Below, piece after piece: positions 21,355 through 33,072 of a stretch of 64,000 nucleotides of DNA. This DNA is from a virus (Duplodnaviria; Caudoviricetes). The DNA is taken from IMG/VR virus record IMGVR_UViG_2907233695_000001, positions 1 to 64,000 of that record. One strand, 5' to 3'. Below the pieces are notes generated by a model. The model saw nothing but the letters and a program-made list of their open reading frames with translations. It had not been told where the DNA came from and did no database searches. A program made the translations under genes and the position numbers. Every line of letters begins with the position of its first letter. Position 1 is the stretch's first letter.

Positions 21355-21629
21355 TAGCGTTTACCCTTTCCACTTCTAGGGGTTGGCAATCCGCTGCTAA
21401 AGCGCTTCTGCATTGTGCTCTCTTTCTTCTCAACATTGCCCACTGGACGGATTCCTTGAAAAATGAGGTCTTGTTTTGCACATTGTTCTTGAGCTTGACG
21501 AAGTGCTGTTGGATAGAAATCGGATAGATTATCAATAACTACGGATTTTCCAGTTTGAGTTTGTGCGATAGCGTAAAGTTTTTGCATGATTTGTTTTGTC
21601 TCCCTTAAATTATATATAGTTTATATATG

Positions 21630-22415
21630 TTACTTATAAATACAATTACATCGTGAATTACACAATTGGTTAGCAAAGAAGTCGCGCTTACCATCCACCA
21701 TTTCACATCTTGGTTTCCAATCAGTATGTTGTTCAATCTTAGCTACAGTATCAATTACCCATTCCTTTGTCCTCTCTAACTTTTCAATTTCAAATGGATA
21801 AGCAAACTCTTTTTGTCCTTTTTCTCTGGGGAAGATATAAACTAAATGATCAGGATATTTTCCATATTTCTCTTTAATGGGAATGCTGTAGAGATAAAGT
21901 TGCATTAAATTATGATCCAGTTTATCTCCCTCATACTTCTTAGCTGTCTTATAATCAGCAATTACAAATCCATATTTATCGTGATTAGCAACTAGATCAG
22001 GGAATCCCTTTACTTTAACATTTCCTACATCAAATATTTTTTCTTCTTCTGATTCTAACACTTTGTACTGAGAGAAGATTTGTTCATAACTTCCGTCATC
22101 GAAAAACCTATGTATTGATTCTTCATAAGATTTGCCCATTGCAGGGAATGGTGCTTTAAATTCGAAGTTCCTCATTCCTGTTGTGATCTCTTGTTTAATG
22201 TCCCATTCGAACAATTCATTCTTCATCAACTTCTCAATTGTTTCATGAAACAGAGTTCCGTAGAGGCCAAAATAGTTATTGATTCCTCGATCATGCTCTA
22301 TGTATGTTTTATACCAATTCCAGTAGCATCCCTCTCCCATCTCAGCTAATGCAAACCCATTGATACGACTAAACGAATAAATTTTTTCATGCTGCTCTAA
22401 TTGTTCTTCGCTCAA
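21630..22415 (-). CDS. PD-(D/E)XK exonuclease, Cas4/AddB-like with a probable Fe-S cluster
   Basis: YSFSRI, GTLFHE, KGFPDLV, IADYKT, QLYLY; one N-terminal Cys plus a C-terminal Cys cluster. Confidence 0.85.
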   Translation of the reverse strand: MSEEQLEQHEKIYSFSRINGFALAEMGEGCYWNWYKTYIEHDRGINNYFGLYGTLFHETIEKLMKNELFEWDIKQEITTGMRNFEFKAPFPAMGKSYEESIHRFFDDGSYEQIFSQYKVLESEEEKIFDVGNVKVKGFPDLVANHDKYGFVIADYKTAKKYEGDKLDHNLMQLYLYSIPIKEKYGKYPDHLVYIFPREKGQKEFAYPFEIEKLERTKEWVIDTVAKIEQHTDWKPRCEMVDGKRDFFANQLCNSRCNCIYK

Positions 22416-22659
22416 TCAATCACCTCCTTGTATTAATTTACCTTGCTTGGTTAATATATCATCATTTCTTTAGAGCGGTCAATAGTTTTTCAATATTTAT
22501 ATTCATAATTTATTCTTCCATTTTGATTCTCATAACTACCATAATTATTATAAAAATACTCGGCAACAGCCTCCAACGCTTGCAATGTTACTGGAATTGT
22601 CGTTGCAGTTTCTCCATCACGCACACAGATAGCATTAAGCTCTTTCACATATTCAACCT

Positions 22660-23241
22660 TCACTGTACCCACTCCACTCTTTTCACATTGGGAATAGCCA
22701 TGAGTAAACTTTCTACAGCTTTATTTGTTTTCAATCTAGTTTCACTCAACAACTTCTCGTCATGCATCACATCAGTCTTTGCATTAACTCGCATAAACTC
22801 ATATATCCCCTGCTGATCCTCAAATGACAATTCACTTCTCAGCAGCCCCACATTTCTCTCTACGCTAATTTCGTTCATGGGAATATCCATGGATATTAAC
22901 TTAACCTCTGGTTTATGTATGACAATCGTTGTACCGCTAATGCTTATGTTTTTGATGACATCTTCAACGTCATAGCCTAGTTTGAGATAGCATACAGCGG
23001 TGTAATGATACTCTCTGTGACCATAAAATTTGTTATCTATGTATTTGTATTCTTTTGTAACTGTAGCACTTAAGCCAACAATTTGACTTGAGGAGGACAA
23101 TGATTTGATAACCATCGCCCTGTCTATGGTGAATTGTGGGAGATGCATTTCTGCTGGTTGTGGCGTTGGAGATTTATTATGCTCTCTCAATAACATAGCA
23201 ATAAGAAGCAGGGACATTATGATAATTATTATCTTTTTCAT
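22660..23241 (-). CDS. Membrane-anchored DUF4230-like protein
   Basis: N-terminal TM; LKLGYDV...I...P.V pattern. Confidence 0.6.
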   Translation of the reverse strand: MKKIIIIIMSLLLIAMLLREHNKSPTPQPAEMHLPQFTIDRAMVIKSLSSSSQIVGLSATVTKEYKYIDNKFYGHREYHYTAVCYLKLGYDVEDVIKNISISGTTIVIHKPEVKLISMDIPMNEISVERNVGLLRSELSFEDQQGIYEFMRVNAKTDVMHDEKLLSETRLKTNKAVESLLMAIPNVKRVEWVQ

Positions 23242-23244
23242 ATG

Positions 23245-23505
23245 TTACTTACCACAACCTACAGGTTTGCCATCCTTATCAAGTAAAGCAGTAATACCAC
23301 TTGAATCTTTATTATCCTTCATTAAATACTTGCAGCCAGTTTCATGATCCGTAACAATGTAATAGTAGCCATCGATTAACGAATTCTGAACCTGTTCTCT
23401 AGTAAATCTTGATTGAACATCTTCTTTCGCTCGTGCATGACCACAGCTTGACAATAACAACATTAAACTCACAAACAATAACAGTTTATTTTGTATCTTT
23501 TTCAC
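23245..23505 (-). CDS. Small lipoprotein
   Basis: Lipobox LSSC; DHETGCKYL...GITALLDKDGKP. Confidence 0.7.
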   Translation of the reverse strand: MKKIQNKLLLFVSLMLLLSSCGHARAKEDVQSRFTREQVQNSLIDGYYYIVTDHETGCKYLMKDNKDSSGITALLDKDGKPVGCGK

Positions 23506-23544
23506 CTCAATTCAGAATAAAACCTTCATTTTAACGGAATAATG

Positions 23545-24453
23545 TCAGCTAAAAACGCTTGATTTTACTTGTTTTACTCTGTTTATTGTAAGGGTGTTAA
23601 GCGTCTTGAAGTCAATCTTGGGATTCTTAAACTTCTTCAAGATGTTCCAAGTCTCTTCTTTAATCAACTCTGAAAATACTCTTCCTAACAACATAGGAAT
23701 GTACTTACTTTGCCAACCTTCATTCTCATTAACAATCTTAGCGTATTCTTTTTCAACAAACGCTTCAGTCACAAACTCATCTACAATTTGCTGTTCAACA
23801 ATTTCTTTAAGTTGCACTTCTGGGCATCCCATTGTCTTATAATGCTTCTCCTTAAACTCACTTGTAACAATCTTCGCCCATGTTTGACGTTTGTATTTGT
23901 TGTAGAAGTCGTAGTTTTTGATTACGATTCCTTCACCATTTCCTTGACCATCTTTAATTAGAAAATTATTCTGTTCAAGAGTTTTGATGAAACTTTCATA
24001 TGTTCCGTTTTTAAGTTTAACCAGTGGAGCAATATAATCTAATTCGAACTCTTCCAACATTGGCTTATAGATATCATAAGGAATGTACTCTACGTGCTCT
24101 TCATCTTTATCAATTGTTACGTCGAAGATATAGAACCTTCTCCATGCGTCTTCTCTGTAAGTTTTGATCGTATGAGGAACAAGAAATTCTCCATAAAGCC
24201 TATGTGTTGGATGTTTCTTAAGGTATGCTTCAATGTTCTTGTTTGTTAGAATATAAGCATAAAATCCAGCGTTATCCTTGTCTAAGCTCAACTCCCTATT
24301 TCTGCTTCCTGCTTTTACGTTACCTTCATCATCAAGCCAAACTGAAGCATTCGTACCATCCAGTTTAGGGAACACAAGACATTCGCCAAGTTCAATTCCA
24401 TCAACTTCATCTGTAGAATATCGTTCCAAATGCTGATATTTTCTAAACTCCAT
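23545..24453 (-). CDS. RNA ligase (Rnl2-type nucleotidyltransferase)
   Basis: Motif I KLDGTN; GSRNR, LYGEF, FYIFDV, GEGIVIK, AKIV. Confidence 0.85.
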   Translation of the reverse strand: MEFRKYQHLERYSTDEVDGIELGECLVFPKLDGTNASVWLDDEGNVKAGSRNRELSLDKDNAGFYAYILTNKNIEAYLKKHPTHRLYGEFLVPHTIKTYREDAWRRFYIFDVTIDKDEEHVEYIPYDIYKPMLEEFELDYIAPLVKLKNGTYESFIKTLEQNNFLIKDGQGNGEGIVIKNYDFYNKYKRQTWAKIVTSEFKEKHYKTMGCPEVQLKEIVEQQIVDEFVTEAFVEKEYAKIVNENEGWQSKYIPMLLGRVFSELIKEETWNILKKFKNPKIDFKTLNTLTINRVKQVKSSVFS

Positions 24454-24485
24454 ATGACACTCTCTTTTCTATGTATTCTTATTTT

Positions 24486-27400
24486 TTACGCATAATGCAT
24501 TATGTTTGATTGATCAATAGTTCCCAGTAGCCCAAAAACGACTTCTAATTCACCTTCATCCATACCTAAGACGTTAGCTCCTTCACTACACAAACCAATC
24601 CATTTAATTATAAATTCAATAAATGTTTTTGCATATGTTGCTTCTAAATTAATTGAACAAGATTCGCTCTCTCCGTTTAGTACTCCTGATTCTTCGATCC
24701 CATTATAAAACAAATGCAATACAGGGTACTCATGAGTCTGTATATCTAAATCAGACCAGTGATCAAACGCCATTGCAAAACTCTTTTCTAGTGCTCCGTA
24801 TAGCGACCTTGCTTTTTTCGCTTCGAATGAAACTGGAAGATAAATCCTTTCGATTGTTTCAGTGGTTTTGATTAATTGATAATCCAGTTTGATCAACTCC
24901 TCTCGGCTTGTACAAGTACTTTACCATCTTTTACATTTTACGGTCAATAGTTTTATACTAAATTTATCTTAATAATTTCCATTGTGATTCTATAAAAAAT
25001 CGACTTAAACCGACAATCTCACCATTGTCCCATAGGACATCTCCATACTCGTCCTTTTTGATGATGTAGTTGTGGTATATCCCGTTGACTCCAATGGCTC
25101 TCTGGCCTCGTCTGAGCGTTCTGGCTGTGTCTAAGCCGGATAGTAATGGTTCTATAGGTATCACCTCATTCTTCTCGCCTTGAAGCTTTTTGAACAGTTC
25201 TCTAAACTCATGCAAGGCGCGTTCGTCTTGAAAAATAACTTCCTTGTTTTCATGTAATAACTTCTCAATTTCCTTGATTCTGGACTCTTTTTCTTTATCC
25301 ATCCCATGTTCACCCCATATTCATTGAATTACTTCAAAATTAACCATCCGAACGCTGTTCCAAGCGCAAAAGCAATTACAGCAGTTATGCCGATATTCGT
25401 TAAAATTCGTTCCCGATTCAAATGTTCACCGCCTGTTCATTTTGATCTTTGGGGTTCAAAATTTCGCGCATCCAAATGCCCATCAAAGTCGTACTGCATA
25501 CAACTGTCACAAGGTTTTTCATCCGAAACTATATCGGAATGTTTGCAGTCATTACAAATAGACTCACTCATACCCAAGTACACCCTCTTCATTTTGATGT
25601 CTTATTCTTTTTATCTGACTTTTGGCAGTTGTTACTACACCAAAGGAACCTTGACCAATTACCGTATCCTTACGCCACCATACCCAACCTTGAAGAATAC
25701 CAAGACCGAAGGCTGTAATCAATCCTAGATTGATGAATATAATTTCAGCCATTGCCATGAACACCACCTTTCCTCATGAAACGATAGTTTCGTTACACTA
25801 ATTGAAACTATCCCTTAACTGTTTAACCCATAAGTTGCGCTCATTTGTGCGCTCTACTTCTTTTTCCCACTCTTTAGAATGATATTCGATATCTCTCAGG
25901 CAACGTTCAATATTGCTATTCAACCATTCTTGAGCAGTTTGTTTCTTAACACTCTCAGGGTTGTAGTACCCCTCCATGTTGTCACAGTCCCATTTAATAC
26001 TTTCTTTTAATTGGTCAATACAGAATTGTTTAAGCTTGCCATGATCAGATGTTGGTGCTTGCCAAGCATAAACATCTACCAGCATTTTTGTATATCTATT
26101 TTTCGTTTCAAGCTTTTCTTGAGCATACTTCTTTTTTCTTTTCAGTTCAGACTGATACTCACCTTCTGTTTGTGCTTCGATCTCATCATTACTCATACAC
26201 TGCAATTCCTTTAACCGCTCCCTTGCTTTTTCTATTGCATTCTTACTATATGTACTTGGTTCAAACTCTGGGATTGGTGTGCCTAATGGCTCATCTCTCA
26301 TCATAATTGTAGCACCAAAAGCACGAGCACATTGCATAATATAATCTTTTACATCTGTAATTTTACCTTCGCTTACATCATGAGTATAACCTGTTGGCAT
26401 ATCCTGAACATCTCCTTTAATTTTTTTAGAATGAAACTGTTAGTTTATTTGCTTTTTATACTTTATATAATCAATGATTGTCGCCACTCCAAACATTAAT
26501 GAACCCAAAAACCAGAACCAAGATGTAAATGTATTGGGCACAATATATCCATACAATCCTGCAAAAAGTGCCCCTATAGTACAGACGCATCCAAAGATCA
26601 CTGCTACCAAGCTCATATTCATATTGATCCAATCCCTTTCTTACATTAAATGCAGAATACATTCAAACGGTATCGCCGTAAAGATGATTCCAAGAATAAA
26701 CCAAAGTAAATGTCCATGTGTCATCTTCCACTTGCGTCCATTTCCATATATCACGTTAACTGTTGCAAATAACATTGAAACGATCATCCAAATATAGAAT
26801 ATAATAGTCCACATTTTATGTATTCAACTCCTTCGAAATCGCTATTTTATTTGGATTAATTATACGATGCTTCTGGTTCTTTATCAGGTATCACTTCATC
26901 AGAACTTCCATCTTCATCAATAATTAACTTTGTATAGTTTTGGGTTAATTTCATAAGATAAATTTCAAAATCGTTTAAATGTCTCAATGATTTTAAAGTG
27001 TGTTCCTGATCAAATCCAATATCCCATCCTTCTTTCTTATCCTTTTTCCATCGAGACAAACGAATGGTAAAATTCATTTCCTCATCATGCTCACATTCAA
27101 AATTTAGTACTGCATATTCGAACGAACTCCAACTTTTATCCTCGTTATAGTCAATATTATAGCTAACTTCTACAGGTTCATAACTTACACCTTCATCATA
27201 ATTTATCTCTAAATCATCCGTTTTTACATTCTCCGCTACATATTTCATCCACTTCTCATAAAGTTCCGATACTTTAATTGTCTTGAGTTCATCTTGTGGC
27301 TCAATTAAAGACTTGAAATTGCCAAGAATTTTCTTGTTTTCTAAAGAAGAGTTCTTCAAGACTTCAACTAAGACATTATCCAATTTCACAATATAATCAG

Positions 27401-30400
27401 AGTAATCATAGTTTTCGAGATAAGGAATCATAACAGACTTAACTTGTTTTTCAATAATCTTAGTTACGTCTCCATATGAACCAAACATACTGTCTAGTGC
27501 ATTTTTAATTCCCTTTTCAAGTTGTTCTGAGATTAATGTCTCCACTACTCCATCTGCAAGTTTAGCTGCAATTACGTCTTTAATACTATTTTCTAATGTC
27601 ATATGTATTTATCTCCCTTTTAATTTTCCTAATAAAAATCGTGTTTCATTTCCATTCTTCTAAATAAACATCATCATCAATTTCAGTTATAACAATATTT
27701 TCAGTAAAACCTAATTCATTCTGAATCCATACTCTTGATTCTGGATTGATGTTTTTTAAATATTCAATTAGTTCCCCAACATTCATTTTCTATCTCCCTA
27801 GACAATCGTTGTTTTATGCCGATTTATTTTTTAATTCTTTTAGGTACATTTCTTGATATTCAATTTCGGAAATGGTCTCTACTAACCCCTCGCTGCGTTC
27901 CTGCAAGTTAAAACTCGCCTGATAATAAATATCGTTTTCGCTTGTCACAAAACTCGAAAGTTCTTCTCCTTGAAATCGCATAACTCCATAGATAAAGTTT
28001 ATTTCGCCAAGTTGTCTAAAATCAGATAATCCTTCATCGGTAACAATCTGTCTGTATTGCTCAAGCGTCTCTTTTGCTCTTTTAGTATTGTTTTTCAATT
28101 TACCGTTCTTACCAAATAACTTTTTATTTTCGTCTTTAGTGAGATCATTGAATTCCACCCAAAGTTCATCAGGCACAAGTGCCATTTTGTCAATCTTTTC
28201 ATTTAGCATCGCACTCACTCTTACGAATACGTTGTGCCACAATGGTTTCTGTTTAAAATGTTTCTTAACCGCTTTATCATAGTCTGTCCCACGTGTAATT
28301 TTAAAACACTGATTCATCTATACCTCTCTCCTCTTACCATGTTCTGAAGTGCATTCTATCCTCATCTAGAAAATCTACAAAGTCACTTACTCCGTTTTTT
28401 AGAAATCCAACTTCAAAAATATCAACTAATTTTTCACTTGCTTTACCTAAGATGTTAATTTGACCCTCATTCGAAGCCAAAGTAAAATGATCTTCTTTTT
28501 GAATCAATTCATAATCCAAATCCTTAGTCCATGTGTGAGGGAATAACTCTAGGTTATCCTTTGCGTAAACTCTGTATTTTTGCATATGTACTGCCTCCTT
28601 GTATAATTTCATCTTCTATGTATTTTACGTTGCAAAATCATCTTAACCACATTCACACCTAGTAGAGATATTAGTACGTATAGGGCTGGAGGAGATATTT
28701 TGATTAGTGTGTATAAATACGGATGTTGACTAGCCCATTGCCACATTAACCATTCAGTAACATGGCTGTTTGATCCACTACCACTTAACCAATTATTGAA
28801 CATTTAACGCCTCCTTTAATCTTCGTCAAACTCATTATTAAGATTTGCCAATCCATAATATAGATGATATTTCGCACACGACAAGTCTAATGCTGGATTA
28901 TGTCCAGCTTCTATTACTCGCTTTACAATTTCATATGCCTGCTCAATTAAGCCTGCTGCTTCTCTCTCTGTCACTGTCTCACTCCTTGATAATTGGAAGT
29001 CGATGAGATAATTTTTCCTTAGCCCCATGCAACTGATTCCATTCTTTTTTGTCATAATCCCATCTATGTATTGATTTTGGAACTTTATCAAAGCTCACTT
29101 GAACTTCAGCATATAAGTCCCATGAAGTCCAATTATCAGGAGCAGGAACAGTAATGATTGCATGAGATTCATCTTCCGTTACATAGCAATAATAATCTAC
29201 ATAAAATTCTCTCTTATCTTTTTTATGGCTTTCTTCTTCGGTTGTAATTTTTATATCTCTTGGGTTCTTCAAATGACGGTTTAGCATTGTTATTCACCTC
29301 TTGAAATTAGTCTTTTATTCCTTTACAAATTGGACACGAAATTTAGTTCTATCACTGGCGCATTCGCCTACTACTTTAAAGTAGTATATATCTTCTTCAT
29401 CACCAATTTTAAATCCAAACTTATCAAAATTGCTTGACTTTGATACTCTGAAGATTTTTCCTACATTAGATTTATCCTGTATAACTTCGCAAAGAATCCG
29501 CATATTTCACCCCACCAATTCATCAATTCGACTATATGCTGCTTCGATCATGTCCTCGATTCTCTCTGCTTCCAATCTCCACTGTGCAATTTGTTCTCTC
29601 AACTCTTGAATCTGCCGTTCGTTTTTCATATGTATAACACCTCATATTATGTATTTTAGTTTTATACCAGTACCTTATTACGCTTGCACCAAGCTTCGTA
29701 ATATTTCTTCCAATGCAACTCCTTAAGCTCCTCGCTCACCTGATAAATCTTAGCCTCAGTATCCTTGTACATATCCACTACTTCGCCATTCCTGTAAACA
29801 AAGTTGAGATGATAATATCTCTTAGTAAGAGTGCCATCTTCTGCTCTGGCAATAACCGTTCCCAATTCTACGCAGCGAGTGACTTTATACTCAATCTCTT
29901 CATCGCTTTCACACTTTGATGAGCTTAGTGGACAAATTTGCTGATACTTTTCGATTACCTGCTTTGAAATTTTCAGATTAACCAGTTCCCTTCCTTGTCG
30001 CTAAATTTCTCTTTTAATTTTTTCAACTCATCAATTCTTGCCCAAACCTGTGAATTTTGAAATGCGTCCTCATTCCTGATGCTTGTTAATCTAAGTTGTT
30101 TTAATTGATCCATTCTTTTATCAACATATTCGGTAACTGACATTGGCGTATTCCCCTTGTTTTGGTTTCGTGGCTGTACTGGCCTGTTGTGTTTGTTTTC
30201 GTTCTTCAACTGGTAAAGAGTAATATTTTATGATATCGTCTATGTTGTTAAGCTTCATCTATTTCATCCAATCCATATCCATTTTATATGTATTATTTAT
30301 GTATTTATCTATAGTAATCTTCGCCTAAACGTTCCTTTTCCTTTTTACTTGATTCCGATAGAAACGATATTGTGATGCCAGCCATGAAGAGCCAAATTAG

Positions 30401-30852
30401 AACGATGATTGTCATGAGGATCATCGTTCACTTCCTTCCATGACTTCCTCAAATTCGCCTTTAATCCAATCCATGATCTCATCTCTGCTTTGTTGCTTGG
30501 ATTGAGATGCTGCCGACATGCTTCCTGTGCTGATATCATCAATCAATTCCAAAAATAAATTCAACGGATAGTTTTTGTACATTTCATAAATATCCAAAGT
30601 GATTCGATAAACTTGGATAGGCGAAAGTAAATCCCCCCAATAAATATCATACGTGACTGCATCGATTTCATTGAAATGTTTGACAGAGATAGACGTTTGA
30701 ACATTTACTTTCCCACTCTCATTGTCATTCATTAAAGTATCTTCTGTGATAAGCACATTATTTTTTAGCATATCATCGTTGTAGTAGTACACTCTCTCGT
30801 ATTCGTCTGAATGTTTAACTTTTAAACCTTTGTGATTAAGTAGAAGTTCCAT
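24486..30852 (-). other. Array of small or unknown accessory genes
   Basis: ORFs 24486..24896, 24964..25302, 25798..26400, 26856..27602, 27814..28317, 28334..28612, 28979..29287, 29315..29503, 30421..30852 and others; junction motifs at 25777, 26432, 26834, 27633, 27801, 29302. Confidence 0.7.
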
Positions 30853-30894
30853 TTTTAATTCTCCTTTTTTAATTTGTTATGTATAAAAAATGAA

Positions 30895-30952
30895 AAGTGC
30901 TATACTTCATGTCTGTGATGTAAGTATAGCACTTAGATGGTAAATTTGTCCA
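30895..30952 (-). promoter_or_regulatory. 13-bp inverted repeat downstream of primase, containing the -10 of a promoter (TGGACA-18-TATACT)
   Basis: AAGTGCTATACTT...AAGTATAGCACTT at 30895-30934. Confidence 0.5.
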
Positions 30953-30979
30953 CTATTTTTTTAATTGTTTTTGCGTTTT

Positions 30980-32089
30980 TTACGTGTATTTATAAATGTC
31001 ATTCTCCAGCAAGTCCATAAAGATGCGATATCCATTATCAGTAGGAGATTGTTTATCTTTGAATCGATCAATATCTGGGATTCCATCGGGATTATCCAAG
31101 AGATAGTATACGTTTCTGTTCTTGATCTGCTTGATTTGCTTCTCAATAAAGTCCTTTGATTTACCTTTGTCCCACGCGAAGATTAAGTCAATGTCAAGGC
31201 CAATACCTTTAAGCAGCATAGCTTGAACAGGACTAAGACGGTCTCCTTCGATACTTACTGCGTTCTTAATGCCCCATTCCCAAAGAAACATTGTAGTCTT
31301 GGCTCCTTCTACAATGAAAACCTGTTTTTTCTCTTTAATATATGGCAATGCACGAAAAAGGTTAAACAGTTCTATGCTCTTGCTACAGGGGATGACATAT
31401 ATATACTTCTGTCCAAACTCATCAATAACACGAGTGTCTAATCCGTAATATCGACCTTTTGCGCCAATAAGTTGACCATATTGATTGTGGACAGGGATTA
31501 TAACTCTTTCAGTTTGCAAGTCATAACAAATACCAAATTCTTGTTGCGTTCTGATGGATAATCCTTCATGTACCCATCCAAGCCAAGGATAATGAACAAA
31601 TTGATTTAAGACAATTGGATCAAGAACATGATTTTCAGTTATCTCTATTTCACGTTTACGCTGCTTCTGAATATCACGGAGCCACCAATTCCAATCTGTT
31701 TTAGGAACAGGCTTATCCGCGAAATCATTGCCTATGTTTTCATAACCTAAAGTGTTGCATATGTATGTTTTAATCTGGTATAGATGTTCTCTAACATGAT
31801 CAAAAGTTTGACAATCATAAAGAATATATCCAACAATTGAATAGATATCCCCTTCGATTCCACGGTTAACTATGTATGAGTTTAAATTAGGGTTAATATA
31901 GATTTGAACGCTTCGGCTATTTTGAGAGTCAGGCAATCTGGCAGTTACTAAATCATCACCAGAACGCCCTTCTTTGCGTTTTACGTTGTCGCATCCTAAT
32001 TCCTCAAGTAATTGCTCAACATTGCCATCTTCTTGCGATATGCGCTCTTTTAGTTGTTTGAGACTGTCTGACATGCCACCTCCTCCCAT
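30980..32089 (-). CDS. dnaG: DNA primase (DnaG-type TOPRIM, SPbeta YorJ-like)
   Basis: RVIIPVHN...IGAKGR, KYIY, LFNL, IVEGAK, FAWD; downstream of the helicase. Confidence 0.85.
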   Translation of the reverse strand: MGGGGMSDSLKQLKERISQEDGNVEQLLEELGCDNVKRKEGRSGDDLVTARLPDSQNSRSVQIYINPNLNSYIVNRGIEGDIYSIVGYILYDCQTFDHVREHLYQIKTYICNTLGYENIGNDFADKPVPKTDWNWWLRDIQKQRKREIEITENHVLDPIVLNQFVHYPWLGWVHEGLSIRTQQEFGICYDLQTERVIIPVHNQYGQLIGAKGRYYGLDTRVIDEFGQKYIYVIPCSKSIELFNLFRALPYIKEKKQVFIVEGAKTTMFLWEWGIKNAVSIEGDRLSPVQAMLLKGIGLDIDLIFAWDKGKSKDFIEKQIKQIKNRNVYYLLDNPDGIPDIDRFKDKQSPTDNGYRIFMDLLENDIYKYT

Positions 32090-32096
32090 TGAGGAT

Positions 32097-33056
32097 TTAT
32101 GCTAATAACAATAATTTATAGGCCATTGTTTCTCTTGCCATTTTACCTAACTCAGAATTTTTTACTACATTAATTAATTTTTCTGTATCTGCAATATCAA
32201 ATTTTAAACCAGAATAAATTCCTTCTTCTTTTTTTCTCCATTTTATTTTAGCATTTATATTAAATTTATTTTTAAACATCTGTATGGCGTATTCAATCTC
32301 GTCTCTGTTTAACCATTTCATGGCGAACTGTATATGACCGTTACCCTTACGGTAATTTTTAATTTCAAGCGATCCATCATCTAGATACCACACTGTCAAA
32401 CTGTTTGGGTTGAGATTGTTTAGTAATTCATAAGTATTCATATCGTTATACCTATTTAAATTACGAATGTATCTAGTGTAAAAATAAAATTGATTTTGTC
32501 TGTTGTATCCATCGCTTTCATTAAGTCTATATGAGAATTTTAATTCATTAATGGGACATAAATTTCTCATAACATCAAACTTGGCTTGACAATACTCCTT
32601 TTGTGATTCTTGATGAAAAACTGTAAGAATACTGCTCTCACCTTTTCTTGTCAAAGCACCATCGCCAAGCACACTGCCAATTATTACATCATGTTGTAAT
32701 TCACTAATTAAAAATTGTTCATGATGTTTTTCTTTTTGCATCTCATAAGTAATATTAAATTTTTGCAATCTCCTTCTAATTACGGTATGAGTAGTATTAT
32801 ATATTTCAGCGATTTCTTCTGGTGATTTTTGTTCTTCTATGTATAAGTTATACAGGCATTCTCTTGTGTATTTATTTTTTTCTGGATCGTTCCTATCTCT
32901 GTCTTCCCAAGTTATACCGTATTTCCGCAAATTAACATTTACTGTTACTGTTGTACATCCATAAATATCAGCTATTTCCTTGGTAGTTTTGAGTTGATTT
33001 ACAAACAAATCATATAATTCTTCTTTGTCGAATTTAAATTTAATTACACTCGCCAT
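32097..33056 (-). CDS. Free-standing LAGLIDADG homing endonuclease with tandem N-terminal HTH repeats
   Basis: IIGSVLGDGAL and VWYLDDGSL; two EIA.IY..T HTH repeats; sits between helicase and primase. Confidence 0.85.
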   Translation of the reverse strand: MASVIKFKFDKEELYDLFVNQLKTTKEIADIYGCTTVTVNVNLRKYGITWEDRDRNDPEKNKYTRECLYNLYIEEQKSPEEIAEIYNTTHTVIRRRLQKFNITYEMQKEKHHEQFLISELQHDVIIGSVLGDGALTRKGESSILTVFHQESQKEYCQAKFDVMRNLCPINELKFSYRLNESDGYNRQNQFYFYTRYIRNLNRYNDMNTYELLNNLNPNSLTVWYLDDGSLEIKNYRKGNGHIQFAMKWLNRDEIEYAIQMFKNKFNINAKIKWRKKEEGIYSGLKFDIADTEKLINVVKNSELGKMARETMAYKLLLLA

Positions 33057-33072
33057 TTATTACCTTCTCTCA

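Noticed and set aside
21630-22415. CRISPR-Cas locus (Cas4-like protein; TnpB resembling Cas12)
   Set aside because: No repeat-spacer array or cas1/cas2 seen; the junction motifs are separated by whole genes, not by constant-length spacers
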